Source: Longimicrobiales bacterium
Lineage (GTDB): Bacteria; Gemmatimonadota; Gemmatimonadetes; Longimicrobiales; Gaopeijiaceae
Assembly: GCA_965218295.1 (NCBI GenBank)
Contig: CBDCKN010000003.1
Location: 224,001 to 288,000 of the forward strand
Length of the DNA: 64,000 nt
Reading direction: 5' to 3'
The translations under genes were made by a program, and so were the position numbers. The notes below the pieces were generated by a model. The model was given only the letters and a program-made list of their open reading frames with translations, was not told the origin of the DNA and did no database searches. Within the stretch, counting starts at the first letter, position 1; every line of letters begins with the position of its first letter. Positions 10,141-21,794 of this stretch are shown in pieces.

Positions 10141-12323
10141 GCCCGGCCCGCGTCGAAGCCGCCGCGCGCGTCTTCGGGCTCGCTTGTGGCCGAAGCATCG
10201 CCGGCCGATGGGAGTCCGCACGGATGCCCGCTCTCTACGCACGGGGTGAGCTAGCCGCCCGTGGCGCCGTGGCTCAGTAACTACGGTTGAGTGCACCCCC
10301 GCCCGTCCCATTTCCCCCCCTGGCCGGGGGTGCCCCGCGTCCGCAGACCCTCCGGAGGGAGGCCCTGGCGACCGCCGCGGCGGCCGTCGATGGCTGATGA
10401 CGTCGGTCATGCTTTGAACGCTACAGCGCGGCCGCGCCGGGCGTCAGTGACACTTTCGCCAGTGTCGGAACCGCCAGGTGTGTCCGGTTTTTTACGTCTC
10501 GAGGAGGCTCCGGTTTCTCTGGTCCGAGCTCGAGCTTGCGGCGCACGATGTCGATCTTGGCGCGCACGGAGCTCGCGGACGATGGCGCCCCGGATCTCGG
10601 ACGCCGAGTAGGTGTGCGTCTCCTCGGCAACCTTGAGCTCCTGCCTGAGCTCCCTCACCGTGAGCGTCCGGGTCCTGCTTCGGCTCCTCGGGAGGCACCT
10701 CCGGATCCGTGTCCAAATCGGTGTCCAAAGTGTACAAATGGATTCCCCTGCGCTCGAGCCAGTTGTGCACCTTGCCGCCGATGATTTTTGCGTCCCACCA
10801 CCGTCTCCGCCACCACGGCGCCGTCAGGTATCGCAGAGCACTCTCCGCTGCATCGAGGCGCGCCGCAAGTGGAGTATCTTATGGGTGTTATAGAGTTCGG
10901 GGATCGCCATCACGTCGCCCCTCGTGGTGAGCTTCGCCTTGTACTTGCGACCCCTCGCCGCCTCGCTTTCGGTCTCCTGCGCCAGACGCCTTTTGTCCAC
11001 GTCAAAACGCCCGTCCATGTACGCCTCTTGTGCACCCGGCGTGTGCACGAGGAGGAGGCGCTCGGGCATCACGAACGAGGACCTCCGCGACGTCGCCCGG
11101 GACCGCTTCACTCCCTGGGCCTGGTGACGTGGCGCGACACGACGACCCGTGGGATGCGCTAGGACCTACCGGGCGCCCCGGTACGGCCGTCGCCACAGTG
11201 GACCCGGCCAGCCAGGCGCGCCGGCCGATCCGTGGGACGAGCTCTTCGGAGCTCCCGTCTACTCGCCAACCCCCGCAGCTCCGGAAGCTCCCAGGGATGG
11301 GCCTCGGGGAACGCCTGGCCCGTCCGTTCCGTGCGTTCGGGGCCGGTCTCGAGCGAGGAGCGACCGCGACCGTCCCCGAGCTCGGGGGGAACCGCTAGCA
11401 CCGCTGACAGCCGGATGGTGCGGTGACAGCTCATTCGGATTCCTGAATGGCTGCTCGCGGGGAGCGAGCGGGTGGACGCCGGGGGGGTGCTACTCCTTCT
11501 CGGGTCTCGGGAAGCTCAGGCGATGGACTATCCCGGTCGCCTTGTCGAAATCGAACACCCCGTTGGTCTCGAAGTCCTCGTCCTGTTCAGATGCCTCGTG
11601 GACGGGTAGCCGCCGGGCGGCAGCGTCTTCCTCTCGGGTTGTTTGTCTTTGGGCATTCGAGCCTTCCTCGACGAGGCGTGGCGGCTGGCCGAACTCGACG
11701 CCCCTGGTCCAGCCACGTGAATCTACTGACGCCCCAGAGTGTGTTTTCAACTCCTCGAAAGCCGTCTGCGGGTTGGTCCCCATGACGTCGAGCGTATAGA
11801 TGGGGTCGACGAACCTGCCCGAGCCGAGGAACCGCGAGACGGTGCGGCCGGCCGCGAGCATCGGCGCCAGGTCGACCAGGTACAGGTCCGTGACGTAGCC
11901 GGCCCGCATCGAGCACGTCGAGGAGGTCCTGCACGGGGCCCGTTGAAGCTGCCGACCCAGGGGGGAACGACGACGTTGTCGCTGTTGGCCGGGATGGTCC
12001 GACCGTCGGGTGTGCTTTGGGAGGCCATCATGAAAAGGGGGGGCATGCGCCGTTCAAAGGGCTGGGCGGAAGAACTGCTGTTGACAGAGAGAGGGAGTGG
12101 CGGCGGCTGGCGGCCCCGGAGCCCGTTACGGGCGATTCTACGACCTCGAGGGCGGGGGGGGGTCGCCCGGTCCCCTCCCCGGCCCCTGGAGGAGGCTCCC
12201 CGGCCGGCGGACCCTACCGCGACGGAAGGCGTCAGGCGCGTTCTACGGGGCCTCTTGCTACCATCTCCGCAGAGGGTCGCTCCCGCCCCGCCCAAGTCCC
12301 TGCGGGAAGCTAGGCCCTCGTCG

Positions 12324-12551
12324 TCACAGTCTTTCCTCGAATGCCGAACGAGGCACTCCGGACTGGCGGATGATCGCCATCAGCGTGCCGGTGCGCAGCT
12401 CTCGATGATCCGGCACCGGAACGGTGACCGTGCCGTCGGCATCCGTCTTCTGCATCGCGATGTGGCTGCCGCGCCGCCTGACTTCGACGAAACCGTTGGT
12501 AGCGAGGATGCGGCAGACCTCGCGACCGGACAGCACGCGCAGTCTAGCCAA
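12324..12551 (-). CDS. hicA: HicA-family toxin
   Basis: 75 aa; GFVEVRRRGSH...VPVPDH...LRTGTL motif. Confidence 0.88.
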   Translation of the reverse strand: MARLRVLSGREVCRILATNGFVEVRRRGSHIAMQKTDADGTVTVPVPDHRELRTGTLMAIIRQSGVPRSAFEERL

Positions 12552-12765
12552 CTACGACCTCAATCTGGGTCACATAGACTTCGCCGCGCAGCCGCCTGTT
12601 AGCTTCGTCGGCGGGTGCGGTTTCGAAAAACAGGGCGAGGGCTTCGGCCAAGTTGTCGCGCGCCTCGGCCACGGTCTCGCCCTGGCTAGCGACATCCACC
12701 TCCGGGCAGAGCGCCACATAGCCGTCGCCCTCGCGTTCGACGATCGCGGTCAAGCGTCTGTTCAT
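12544..12765 (-). CDS. hicB: HicB-family antitoxin (short form)
   Basis: YVALCPEVDVASQGETVAEARDNLAEAL; upstream of and overlapping hicA. Confidence 0.88.
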   Translation of the reverse strand: MNRRLTAIVEREGDGYVALCPEVDVASQGETVAEARDNLAEALALFFETAPADEANRRLRGEVYVTQIEVVVG

Positions 12766-13263
12766 AATACACGTCTCCCGTGCCAAAGCTGTCCGGCTCC
12801 GGCATTCCCGTGGCAACAGGCGATGAATCGCTGTGTAAGGATTTTTTGCCGGGCACCGTCCCGGCTTCACGAGTATAATGTCACGACCCGGACTTTGGGG
12901 CTGATCTAGTCGGCTCCGGAATGTTCAACGTGCCCCGCCTCGAAGCGGGCGGCCAGGTATTCGGCACGGTCCCGTCGGACCCCGGAATCACGAAGCCCTT
13001 CTGGCGGAGATCCTTCAGCGCCGTAAGGTGGCCCATTCTGCCCCTCCTCGATCACGATGGGCGGCTGGCCCTGCTCCACGTCTTGATCCAGCCTCTTGAA
13101 TCTACTAACAACCCCCAGGATTCTGTGCCCCGAAAGTGAGGGGGGTGGTGAACACCCGTACACACGCCCGTGTACACGTCCGTAAGATTTCCGACCATCC
13201 CGTGTGCGTCCCAAGTCGTCCTCCACATTGGAGATACGAGGTCACGCACGATCCCCCCCCGCG

Positions 13264-13294
13264 TGTCAACGGCCATCGAAAGCTGCACAGGTCT
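13264..13294 (+). mobile_element. Probable IS21-family terminal fragment
   Basis: TGTCAACGGCCATCGAAAGCTGCACAGG resembles IS21-type ends; abuts the IS3 left end. Confidence 0.5.
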
Positions 13295-13947
13295 TGGAGT
13301 GAACCCCTAAAAGTAGACACAGAGAGGGCGATGGATTGACCTTCCGTAATCACCCAGGGAGAATCAATGACGGTTCGACGCCACAGGAGGTACAGCACAG
13401 AGTTCAAGATCCAGCTCGTCCAAGCCTATCTGGACGGAGAAGGCAGCGCGAGGTCGATTGCGACACGACACGAGGTCCCCCGCTCCCTGCTGATGATCTG
13501 GATCAAGAAGTACGAAGCAGGGGATCTCACAAGGGAGATCCACCTCCAGGAGCAGGTTGTCGAGTACGGGGCAAAGATTGCGGCGCTTAAGCGCAAGGTC
13601 GGTCAGCTGACGATGGAGCTTGACGTCATGAAAAAAAGGGCGTTGATACGACCGTCGCAGCAAGGCGCGCGGCCGTCGATCATCTCCGGTCCAGGGGCGT
13701 CCCCATCCGACGGGGATGTAGCCTCATGAACATGGCGAGGAGCACCTTCTACAAGCGACCGCATGCGGGCCACCGGGCAGCCCAGGGAGAAGGCCGATGC
13801 AGACCTGCGCGTTCGGATCGAAGACATCCTGGCCGAGTTCCCCGCCTACGGATACCGACGGGTCACGCACGAGCTCCGGAGACGTGGCCTGGTGATTAAT
13901 CACAAGCGAGTGGCGCGTGTCATGCGTGAGCACGCGCTCACGCCCCA
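13295..13947 (+). mobile_element. Truncated IS3-family element (orfA 13367-13729; frameshifted orfB start)
   Basis: TG..GAACCCC..GTAGACA end; RRYSTEFK orfA; A7GGG slippery site at ~13631; YGYRRV..INHKRVARVMRE orfB fragment. Confidence 0.85.
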
Positions 13948-14631
13948 CCCCTCTGGCAGCTCCTCCACGCTCATCCCGTCGATGCCCGGACTGCCCTTAT
14001 TCTGCCGCACGCGTTTCAACGCTCCTACGAGGTTGGCACGCCCGACCACCTCCTCCATCAGGAGATGCTCGCTTCCTGAGCGCTCGTCTCCATGGGCCAC
14101 CGTTCCGGCTTCGCCACTCCCCTCTACCTTCGGGGCTTCACCCCTATCCTCCAGCGGGAGCTCCAGTTGCCTGGACTCCTGGCGCATGGCCTTCTCGAGA
14201 TCCACGGTCGTCACACTCTCCTCTCCGTTCGGCCCTTCGTCCGACAAAGCTGGGTCCAAGCGCATCATGCACTTCGTCGGCCTACTATGGCCTCTGCTGA
14301 CTTCTCGCTCCGCCGGCAGGCCCAACAGCGCAATGCCGGCGTCGCCCTTTCAGGCGTCAGGCGAGACCTCCCCGGGTAAGAACGATGACCTTCCCCGCAC
14401 AATCGCCGGATCTACGCCGCTTCCCCTTGGTCGCAGGAGCTTCGCGGTCAGTGGTCCGCTCGCCCCGGTCCGCAGCGCCTCGTATCCGGTTCCTGTTCGT
14501 CGACTCACGGGTTCGTTTCACGCTTCGTTCAGCGTACGCCTCACGACGAACGCCTTGCGCTTCCCTTCGGTCCCTGCGACCAGGTTCCGGGAGGACTTTC
14601 ACCTCCAAGTCATTGCCCATGCCGGGCCCAC
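13948..14631 (-). mobile_element. Group IIC intron, 5' part only (ribozyme 5' domains plus RT N-terminal fragment 13948-14187)
   Basis: 5' end GTGGGCCCGGCATGGGC directly after a terminator; RT-0 motif ANLVGALKRVRQNKGSPGIDGMSV; truncated at the IS3 junction. Confidence 0.85.
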
Positions 14632-14634
14632 CAC

Positions 14635-14671
14635 AAAAGAGAAGGGCCCGGACCTTGCGGTCCGGACCCTC
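14635..14671 (-). terminator. Intrinsic terminator (intron target)
   Basis: GAGGGTCCGGACC-GCAA-GGTCCGGGCCCTT hairpin followed by CTCTTTT, downstream of the stop at 14718. Confidence 0.8.
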
Positions 14672-14906
14672 CCCTCACCTTCCTTCGAGTCCGGAGACTC
14701 GAAGTGATTATAAAACCCTACCGCTTGTCGACGGTGAGATCTGCGCTTACGGCAGCCACGGCCACAGAGCCCTTCTTTGCTGTGCTCACTCCGAAGGCGA
14801 CAACATTACCCGTCGTGTAGGCGTCCTCATCGACAACAGCGAGGAAGGCAACCGCATCAACCTCTGCGGAACCTGTCAACGCCAGTGAGACACTCTTGGA
14901 AATCAA

Positions 14907-15914
14907 TTAGAGAGCAATCTCCTGTGTAGTGAGGGATGGGGTGGGAGGATTGATCCAGACGGCCTCCGGGAGTGGTTTAGGCTTCGGCTCACCGGAGACG
15001 AAGCGCTCGGGATGAGCGGCCCATGCCTCACGGAGCACGGCCTTCCTGCAGGCGATGATCCGATCGGCGTGACCGAAGTGGACCTGTTCGGGGGTCAGCA
15101 TCGAGATGCCGCCATGGCGGTGCTCGGCATTATACCAACGGAAGAACGAGCGACAGAAGGTCTTGGCTTGCCCCTGATCCCCGAACCGGCCGGGAAACGA
15201 GGGATGGTACTTCAAGGTCTTGAACTGAGCCTCGGAGAACGGATTGTCATCCGAGACCTGGGGTCGGCCCAACGAGCGGGTCACGCCGAGATCGGCGAGT
15301 AGTTGAGCCGTGCATTGGCTCGTCATCGGAGCCCCTCGATCGGAATGCAGGGTCAGGAGGTGGGGCTGGACGCCATGCTTCAAGCAACTCTGCTGGATCA
15401 GCCGGCTGGCCAGGGCAGAGTTCTCCCGATCCGCCACCATCCATCCCACGACGTAGCGGCTGAAGATGTCCAGGATCACGTAGAGGTAGAAGTAACTCCA
15501 CTTCTTCGGCCCCAGCAGCCGGGTGATATCCCAGGACCAGACCTGGTTCGGGCCCCTCGCCATCAACTCGGGCTTCTGGTATTTGGGATGACTCCGCTGC
15601 GCTCGACGCTCCTGAACCGGCACCTGGGAAGCCAGAACGCGATACATCGTACGCTCGCTGCACAGGTAGACGTCCTCGTCGAGCAGCGTCGCCACCACCT
15701 CGGCTGGGGACCGGTCCACGAACCGCTCCGAACACAGCGTGTCGAAGACCTTGTCTCGTTCCTTCTCGCTTAAGGCCCGGGCGGGGGTCGGGCGGGGCTG
15801 CTGATGCCCGGTCGATGCACTCCGACGACGGTAGAACGTGGCTCGCGGCACCCTGAGCGCATCGCACGCGGGCTTCACCCCTACGTGCTTGGCTAGCTCC
15901 TGGGTCGCCTTCAT
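14907..15914 (-). CDS. IS3-family transposase OrfB
   Basis: WSWDIT, HSDRG and DNPFSE DDE motifs. Confidence 0.92.
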   Translation of the reverse strand: MKATQELAKHVGVKPACDALRVPRATFYRRRSASTGHQQPRPTPARALSEKERDKVFDTLCSERFVDRSPAEVVATLLDEDVYLCSERTMYRVLASQVPVQERRAQRSHPKYQKPELMARGPNQVWSWDITRLLGPKKWSYFYLYVILDIFSRYVVGWMVADRENSALASRLIQQSCLKHGVQPHLLTLHSDRGAPMTSQCTAQLLADLGVTRSLGRPQVSDDNPFSEAQFKTLKYHPSFPGRFGDQGQAKTFCRSFFRWYNAEHRHGGISMLTPEQVHFGHADRIIACRKAVLREAWAAHPERFVSGEPKPKPLPEAVWINPPTPSLTTQEIAL

Positions 15915-16339
15915 GAGTTCGTCCCGTCCTCGAGGCTCAATCCCAGCAGCCCTGCAACTTTTCCCTGGACGTCGATGATCAAGTGCGCCTTCTGGAGCTC
16001 CTTCTCGAGGCGAGTGTTCTCGCGCTCCAGCTTGCGCACCTTCTCCTCCAGCGGATTGCGCTCGCGCTTACGGCCTCGTTTCTTCGACAGCGCTTTCAGG
16101 GACCCGCTATGCGCCGCCTTGCGCCATGTCGTCAGGTGCGACGAGTACAAGCCCTCCCGCCGTAGGAGTCGGCCAACCTCTCCGGGCTCCGTGCACCGGT
16201 CCGCTTCTTCGACGATCCGCAGCTTGTACGACGGAGCGAACCGCCGGCGCAGCGGCCTATCTACCACCTCCGAGTCCGCAGGAGCTGCCGCGCTTCGCTT
16301 ACCGTCCCAGGTTGGTGGGGCTATTCCATTCTCTTTCAT
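15911..16339 (-). CDS. IS3-family OrfA
   Basis: RRRFAPSYKLRIV..LLRREGLYSSHL; ATGA-coupled to orfB. Confidence 0.88.
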   Translation of the reverse strand: MKENGIAPPTWDGKRSAAAPADSEVVDRPLRRRFAPSYKLRIVEEADRCTEPGEVGRLLRREGLYSSHLTTWRKAAHSGSLKALSKKRGRKRERNPLEEKVRKLERENTRLEKELQKAHLIIDVQGKVAGLLGLSLEDGTNS

Positions 16340-17048
16340 TCTCTCTCGGTGTCTCAGCATCCTCGGTTTCTCTGCCTTCGCCCTACTCTAATTCCTTAGC
16401 TGCTCCGTGTCTCACGTAAGTTGGCAGAGAGGGCTGCCGCATAGGTCCAATCGCGACCATCGGGGTTATCTACAGTTTTCACAGTAGCGCTGTTACCAGC
16501 CACCGATTCGATAAACCGGAGTTCGTTAACAGGTGGCGTCCCCTACCGTGACCGCGACGTGTACATAAAAGTCTACGCGCGAGAACGGGAAGTCAGTGCT
16601 CGCATCCGACAGGCCCGCCTTGGCCTCGATCTCGATCGTAGCATCGCCATCTTCGATGGTCGTGTTGTCGGCGCCATCGGTGGCTGTGGCCGCGAATGTC
16701 CCGCCGCTCCTGAACTCTACCTGGGGGATATTATCACCTTCTGGGGTACCGATGTCCCCCGCCCCTGATGATACACCGTCGGCAGTCCCCACCTGATCGG
16801 ATACGTATGCCTTGATGGTCGCTATGGCTTCAAGCTGGGTGTCGTCAGCACCATTCTGCACTGCGAGGAATGGGAGTACGACCGGAGGCTCCCGCTCGAG
16901 CAGATCGTCTTGTCAGAGAGGATGCGTCGTATACATCGACGTCAACGCTCTCCAGCTTGATTTCAGCATTGGTCACCTGATCGCCACCGGTTCCCACGGT
17001 TCCTACCGGTACGTTTATGGCGTAGCTCGCAATCGACAGATTATCCGA

Positions 17049-18426
17049 GAGCTAGGATCAAAGGGTGTGTAAAAAGAGAGGCGACGTACCTTTCCGCTGA
17101 GTAATAACCAGCGAACTCCGGGTGACAGCCCGGGGGAAAGGAACGACGCCTCGTGAGGAAGAATACGGTGGGACCCGAGGGTGAGTCCAGGACGCCCGTG
17201 TGGGAAGTTCTGGAAGAAGTGGTTCGGGAGAAGGCGCAGGAGTTCATTCAACAGATCTTGGAGGAGGAAGTCACGGAGTTGCTAGGGCGAGAGAAGTCAG
17301 AGCGCAGGAGGGTGGTGGACGCGACCGAGGGCTACCGCAACGGATACGGCAAGCCGAGGCGGCTGGCGATGAGCTCGGGCACGATCACACTCCGACGCCC
17401 TCGAGTTCGAGGCCTTGAGGAGCGGTTCGAGAGCCGCGTGCTGCCGTTGTTCGCGAGGCGGACGAAGGAGCTGGGCGCTCTGCTTCCGGAGCTGTATCTG
17501 CACGGACTGGCGGAGGGAGACTTCGAGTTGGCGATGCGGGGCCTGCTGGGCGAGGGGGCACCGCTGTCGAAGTCTTCGATTCGGCGGCTGCGGGCGGGAT
17601 GGACGGCGGAGTTCGAGGAATGGAGCCAGCGTCGCCTGGAGGGTCGTGAGGTCGTCTACGTGTGGGCGGACGGGATCTATGTGAAGGCAGGGCTGGAGCG
17701 GGACAAAGCGGCGCTGCTGGTGGTGCTGGGTGCCATGCGAGACGGGACGAAAGAGGTGTTGGCCCTGAGAGCGGGCTACCGAGAGTCGGTCGAGTCCTGG
17801 TCCGAGGTGTTGCGGGACCTGAAGGCACGCGGCATCGAGGCGCCCCGGCTTCTGATGGCGGACGGTAACGCTGCGATCTGGGGCGCAGTACGGCAGGTAT
17901 GGCCTGAGGCGGGTGAGCAACGGTGCTGGAACCACAAGATGAGGAACGTGCTGGACCGACTACCTCAGCGGGAGCAGGGCGAGGCGAAGGATCTTCTCCG
18001 GGCCGTGGTCTACGCACCGAGCCGGGCCGAGGCCCTGAAGGCCCGCGAGGTGTTCGCCCGACGCTATAGGCCGTGGTATCCGAAAGCAGTGGACGTACTC
18101 GAGGACGACTGGGAGCGGATGGTAGCGTTCTACGACTTCCCCGAGGACCACTGGAAGCATCTACGCACGACGAACGTGGTCGAGAGCCCGTTCGCCGCGG
18201 TACGGCTCAGGACGACAGCAGCGAAGCGGTTCAAGCGGGTCGAGAGCGCTACGGCGCTAATCTGGAAGTTGCTCTTGGTGGCTGAGAAGCGGTTCCGAAG
18301 GCTCGACGCTCCTCACCTCCTCAAGGACGTATTTGAAGGAAGAAAGTTCGAAGACGGAAAGCCCGTCTCACACCAACAGCGGAAGAACGCCGCCTAATAC
18401 GTTTACACACCTATTGACCCAACCTC
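17049..18426 (+). mobile_element. IS256-family element, full copy (transposase 17153-18397)
   Basis: IRs GAGCTAGGATCAAAGGGTGTGTAAA and GAGGTTGGGTCAATAGGTGTGTAAA; YRNGY, WADG, QRCWNH and RTTNVVES motifs; flanks show no matching TSD. Confidence 0.92.
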
Positions 18427-18729
18427 TACGGAACCCTCTGGATCCGCTGGCCGTCGCAGCTGGCGTCTGGCCGCGGAGTCGGTAGCCGCGATGTGTCCGC
18501 TCATATGCTGTACGAGATTACGCAACGACTGGTTATGGGCTTGACAGTGGGGACCATACTGGCCTAGCCTATAACCTTTGGCCTGCCGCGAGCAGCCCCT
18601 TGACATCAGTTGCCCGTGCCCCCGTCCTTAGCATCCGTGGGGTCCGATCGCCGCGATTAGATTGCCACAGGAGGGTTTCTCGTGAATTCTGTCGTTTTCT
18701 CATCGGTCACCGGCGACGTCACGCCAAAG

Positions 18730-19878
18730 ATGCCCACCGCGTACGTCGAAGGCTACGAAAAGGCCCGTCTCTACGATCAGGCCTTGGCCGATAACTACCT
18801 CAAGCACGTCACCATCGGTGACCCCGAGCTCGACCCGCTCATGGAGGAGCTCTCGGCGGAGTTGTCTCCAGGCGACCTGCACCGGTTCATCGGGGCCGGC
18901 ATAGAGCAGAACGAGGAAGCTCTGCGTCTCGCGCCGCGTGCCTTGCGCGATTTCTTCAAGAACTTCCGGGAGCCTCCGTGGCTCTACTACGAAGGTTTTC
19001 GTCCCGGGGTCCGTGCCTTCCACGAAAACGTGGACCGGATGCTCGCCGCGTTCGTCACGGGAGTGCTGGTGGAAGGCTTTTCGACTCTCATCGCCAAGTC
19101 CTTCAGCATTACCGGGCGAGTGGCGAGCACCAGAAGGCGTCTGCAGCAAAACAACCGCCACATGCTGGAGATCTTCTTTCCTGCCGGCCTGCAGAGAAGC
19201 AGCGAGGGGTGGAAGCTGTCCACGCGCATTCGGTTCGTTCATACCCGTATACGGGGCCTGCTGGCGAAGTCGGATGAATGGAATCACGAAGCCTGGGGGA
19301 CGCCGTTGAGCGCGGCGCACCTGGGTTTCGCAATCTCCGTCTTTTCGAAGCGGCTGCTGGAGTACTCGATGTTGCTGGGCGCCAAATTCAGCAAGGATGA
19401 AAGGAAGAGCGTTCTCGCCGTCTGGCGCTACGCCGGCTACCTCATGGGGATACCAGAAACCATCCTCTATACGAACGCCGAGGAAGCGGAAAAGATGTAC
19501 AAGATCGGCTACCTGTGCGAGCCGCCCCCGGATGCCGATTCTGTAGCCGTCGCCAACTTGTTGATCCAGTCCATTCCAAAGGTTGCGGGCATACAGGACC
19601 CGGCTGAACGGGAGAGATTGGTGGGCTTGGCCTACCGTCTGTCGCGGGGCCTCATCGGCACCGAGCTCGCCGACAGCTTCGACTTTCCACGGGACCCCAA
19701 ATTCGCGACCCTGTTCAAGTACCGGATGCAGCAGCGCTTTCTGCGATTGTTGCGGACCAACAAGATGGTCAGATCGGATAATTTCACCCAGCTTCTCCAG
19801 ATATCGGTGTTCGACGGCGAGGGGCTGAGCTACAAGATGCCCGACCACGTCCACACGTCGCAATCAAACCCGTGGTGA
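18730..19878 (+). CDS. MpaB/DUF2236-like oxygenase family protein
   Basis: IGDPELD, RIRFVHTRIR, WGTPLS and WRYAGYLMGIP motifs; start could be 18682. Confidence 0.75.
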   Translation: MPTAYVEGYEKARLYDQALADNYLKHVTIGDPELDPLMEELSAELSPGDLHRFIGAGIEQNEEALRLAPRALRDFFKNFREPPWLYYEGFRPGVRAFHENVDRMLAAFVTGVLVEGFSTLIAKSFSITGRVASTRRRLQQNNRHMLEIFFPAGLQRSSEGWKLSTRIRFVHTRIRGLLAKSDEWNHEAWGTPLSAAHLGFAISVFSKRLLEYSMLLGAKFSKDERKSVLAVWRYAGYLMGIPETILYTNAEEAEKMYKIGYLCEPPPDADSVAVANLLIQSIPKVAGIQDPAERERLVGLAYRLSRGLIGTELADSFDFPRDPKFATLFKYRMQQRFLRLLRTNKMVRSDNFTQLLQISVFDGEGLSYKMPDHVHTSQSNPW

Positions 19879-20239
19879 CGATCGACTAGCTCCTCGCTCC
19901 CGATCCGAGATAGTCGAAGCGACGACTCTTTCCCTGCTGGACCGCTACGTCGTCGCCACCGTGCGCCACTACTGGATGGTTGCTGCGTTCACTGCCTCGC
20001 TCATGACGGCCCGTGACGACCTGCGCCCTCTTCATCGTCGTTACGAGCGATTGCCTCGTCCTCTTCAGGCACGACAATCCGCAACTCCTCGCGTTCCAGG
20101 CCCTGGAGAATACCTACTCCGCCACCGCGACCGCGCGGTGATTGCCGTTGCACCCTCCGAGAGGGATCGGTGTTGACCGACGCCGTGTGGGTGGCACTCT
20201 ATTCCACCCGGGTTGACTCCCTCACCAACTATTGCCATA

Positions 20240-20500
20240 CCGAGGCGCCCCTCCGCGTTCTACGGCACCGATAGCCGGGATCTTCCGGGTTGCACGCTCT
20301 CTCGGGCTGGGCTTGTCGTCGTCACGGCGGGTTCCTTTGCGGGGGTTCCCACCGATGCAGGTTTCATCCGTCTTGCCGATTCCTTGGAGCAAGTGCAGGT
20401 CGTTGCTGGCCGTCGCCGCCCGAATATGTTGCCGCATGTACAAGGACGTCTGCTGCGTCATATGCAGTTCATGGGCTACACATCATGGATTGACCTGCCC
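20240..20500 (-). pseudogene. IS1595-family transposase remnant
   Basis: DETCIGG..RKG..K.P.IGAVERGG motif. Confidence 0.65.
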
Positions 20501-20574
20501 TGCCTCGAGTACCGTGGGTTACGCTCGAGGTCAGAGCCACCTTTGAAGCGATTGGCTATGGGCGGTCTCGTCTG

Positions 20575-20860
20575 ATCGGCAAGCTGAGCCCACGCGGGGA
20601 GGTGTTGAGCTTCTGCCACGAAGCCAGCACGTGCGGCTACGGGGTGTACCGGGAGATCATCGCGACCGGGCACCACTGCGCGATGGTGGCGCCGAGCCTG
20701 ATCCCGCGCAAGCCGGGGGGATAGGATGAAGACGGACCGGCGCGACGCGCTGAGTCTGGCGCGTCTTCACCGCGCCGGGGAGTTGAGCGCGGTGTGGGTG
20801 CCGGGACCGGAACAGGAGGTGCTACGCGATCTGACCCGGGCACGCGAAGACATGACATCG
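20575..20860 (+). pseudogene. IS110-family transposase remnant
   Basis: [19 protein letters not shown] and [23 protein letters not shown], frameshifted. Confidence 0.75.
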
Positions 20861-20947
20861 ACCGAAGTCGTATGCACACTGACTTCTCCTCGCCTAGCAT
20901 CTCCGTCGAGCGAAGGCAACTACTGCGCATGCTCAACGTGATCCCCG

Positions 20948-21289
20948 TTAGGACGCGACGGAGAGGGCTGCTTTGCGAGACTCCTTGATGAGAATGATCT
21001 GGCCGAAGCCGCTGACCTGGAAGACTTCCTCGATGTGGTCCTTCATGGAGCAGAGAACGAGCGTTCCGTCCGCCACCCTCAGCGCCTTGGCGGCGATGAG
21101 GAGCACCCGCAAGCCCGAGCTGCTGATGAAGTCGAGGCGACTGAAGTCGACGATCAGGCGCCGCTCTCCGCTGCTGACGCGATCCATGACGATGGATTCG
21201 AACGAGCTGGCGTTTCCGCTGTCCAGTCGTCCAATAGGCACCAGCACCAACACCTCGCCACTGCGTTCCTCGCCGACTTCGATATCCAT
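20948..21289 (-). CDS. STAS-domain anti-sigma factor antagonist (RsbV-like)
   Basis: GRLD and LDFISSSGLRVL phosphoacceptor motif. Confidence 0.9.
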   Translation of the reverse strand: MDIEVGEERSGEVLVLVPIGRLDSGNASSFESIVMDRVSSGERRLIVDFSRLDFISSSGLRVLLIAAKALRVADGTLVLCSMKDHIEEVFQVSGFGQIILIKESRKAALSVAS

Positions 21290-21321
21290 TCGATGCACCC
21301 CTCGTTGCTACGCTGGCCTCG

Positions 21322-21750
21322 TCACGCAGCCTGTGGCGCGAGATCGTGTTCCAGCGTCAGCCGGTTCTTGCCCTCCACGTACTCGTATTTCATGCGGTCG
21401 GCAAACGTCTTGATCAGATGCAGCCCTAAGCCGCCGATCAGCCGATCGTCCACCGCCGATGACAGGTCGGGACTCGTGTCTTGCGTCGGATCAAACTGTT
21501 GGCCGTTGTCCGCCACGGTCAGCACCAGGACGGTACCGTTGACCTGCACGGTGATCTCGATCTTTGGTTGGGCCACGCCTCGAAGGCCGTAGCTCACCGT
21601 ATTGGTGATCAATTCCTCGAGGGCCAGGTTGATCATGTAGATCTTCTGATCCGGCAGATCGTTGGCGTCCCCGAATTCCTCTACCATCTGCGCCAGGCCG
21701 CGTACTGCGGGCAGGCTGGGTGCCAACGAGACGCGCAGTTCATTCATCAT
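21322..21750 (-). CDS. Anti-sigma factor/serine kinase (RsbW-like, HATPase_c)
   Basis: LALEELITN, DNGQQFDP and GGLGLHLI motifs. Confidence 0.88.
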   Translation of the reverse strand: MMNELRVSLAPSLPAVRGLAQMVEEFGDANDLPDQKIYMINLALEELITNTVSYGLRGVAQPKIEITVQVNGTVLVLTVADNGQQFDPTQDTSPDLSSAVDDRLIGGLGLHLIKTFADRMKYEYVEGKNRLTLEHDLAPQAA

Positions 21751-21794
21751 TGCGAACGATCCCTTCCCGTGCAGGCAACCACGCAACTCTAGTC

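Larger units (their letters stand above)
14867..16433 (-). mobile_element. IS3-family element, copy 1 (1567 bp)
   Basis: Near-identical to 52488-54054; 3-bp TSD CTG; internal IR TG(C/T)CAAC....GTGAGACAC. Confidence 0.92.
14718..17048 (-). pseudogene. 3' part of a large acidic surface/secreted protein gene, frameshifted, split by IS3 and truncated by IS256
   Basis: Pieces rejoin in frame across the IS3 (DWTYAA|EVDAVAFL..LTVDKR*); upstream pieces FPFSRVDFY and SDNLSIASY are in shifted frames. Confidence 0.6.

Noticed and set aside
10400..12030. Fragmentary ORFs possibly from recombinase or ScpA-like genes
   Set aside because: Multiple frameshifts and no motif that can be assigned with confidence
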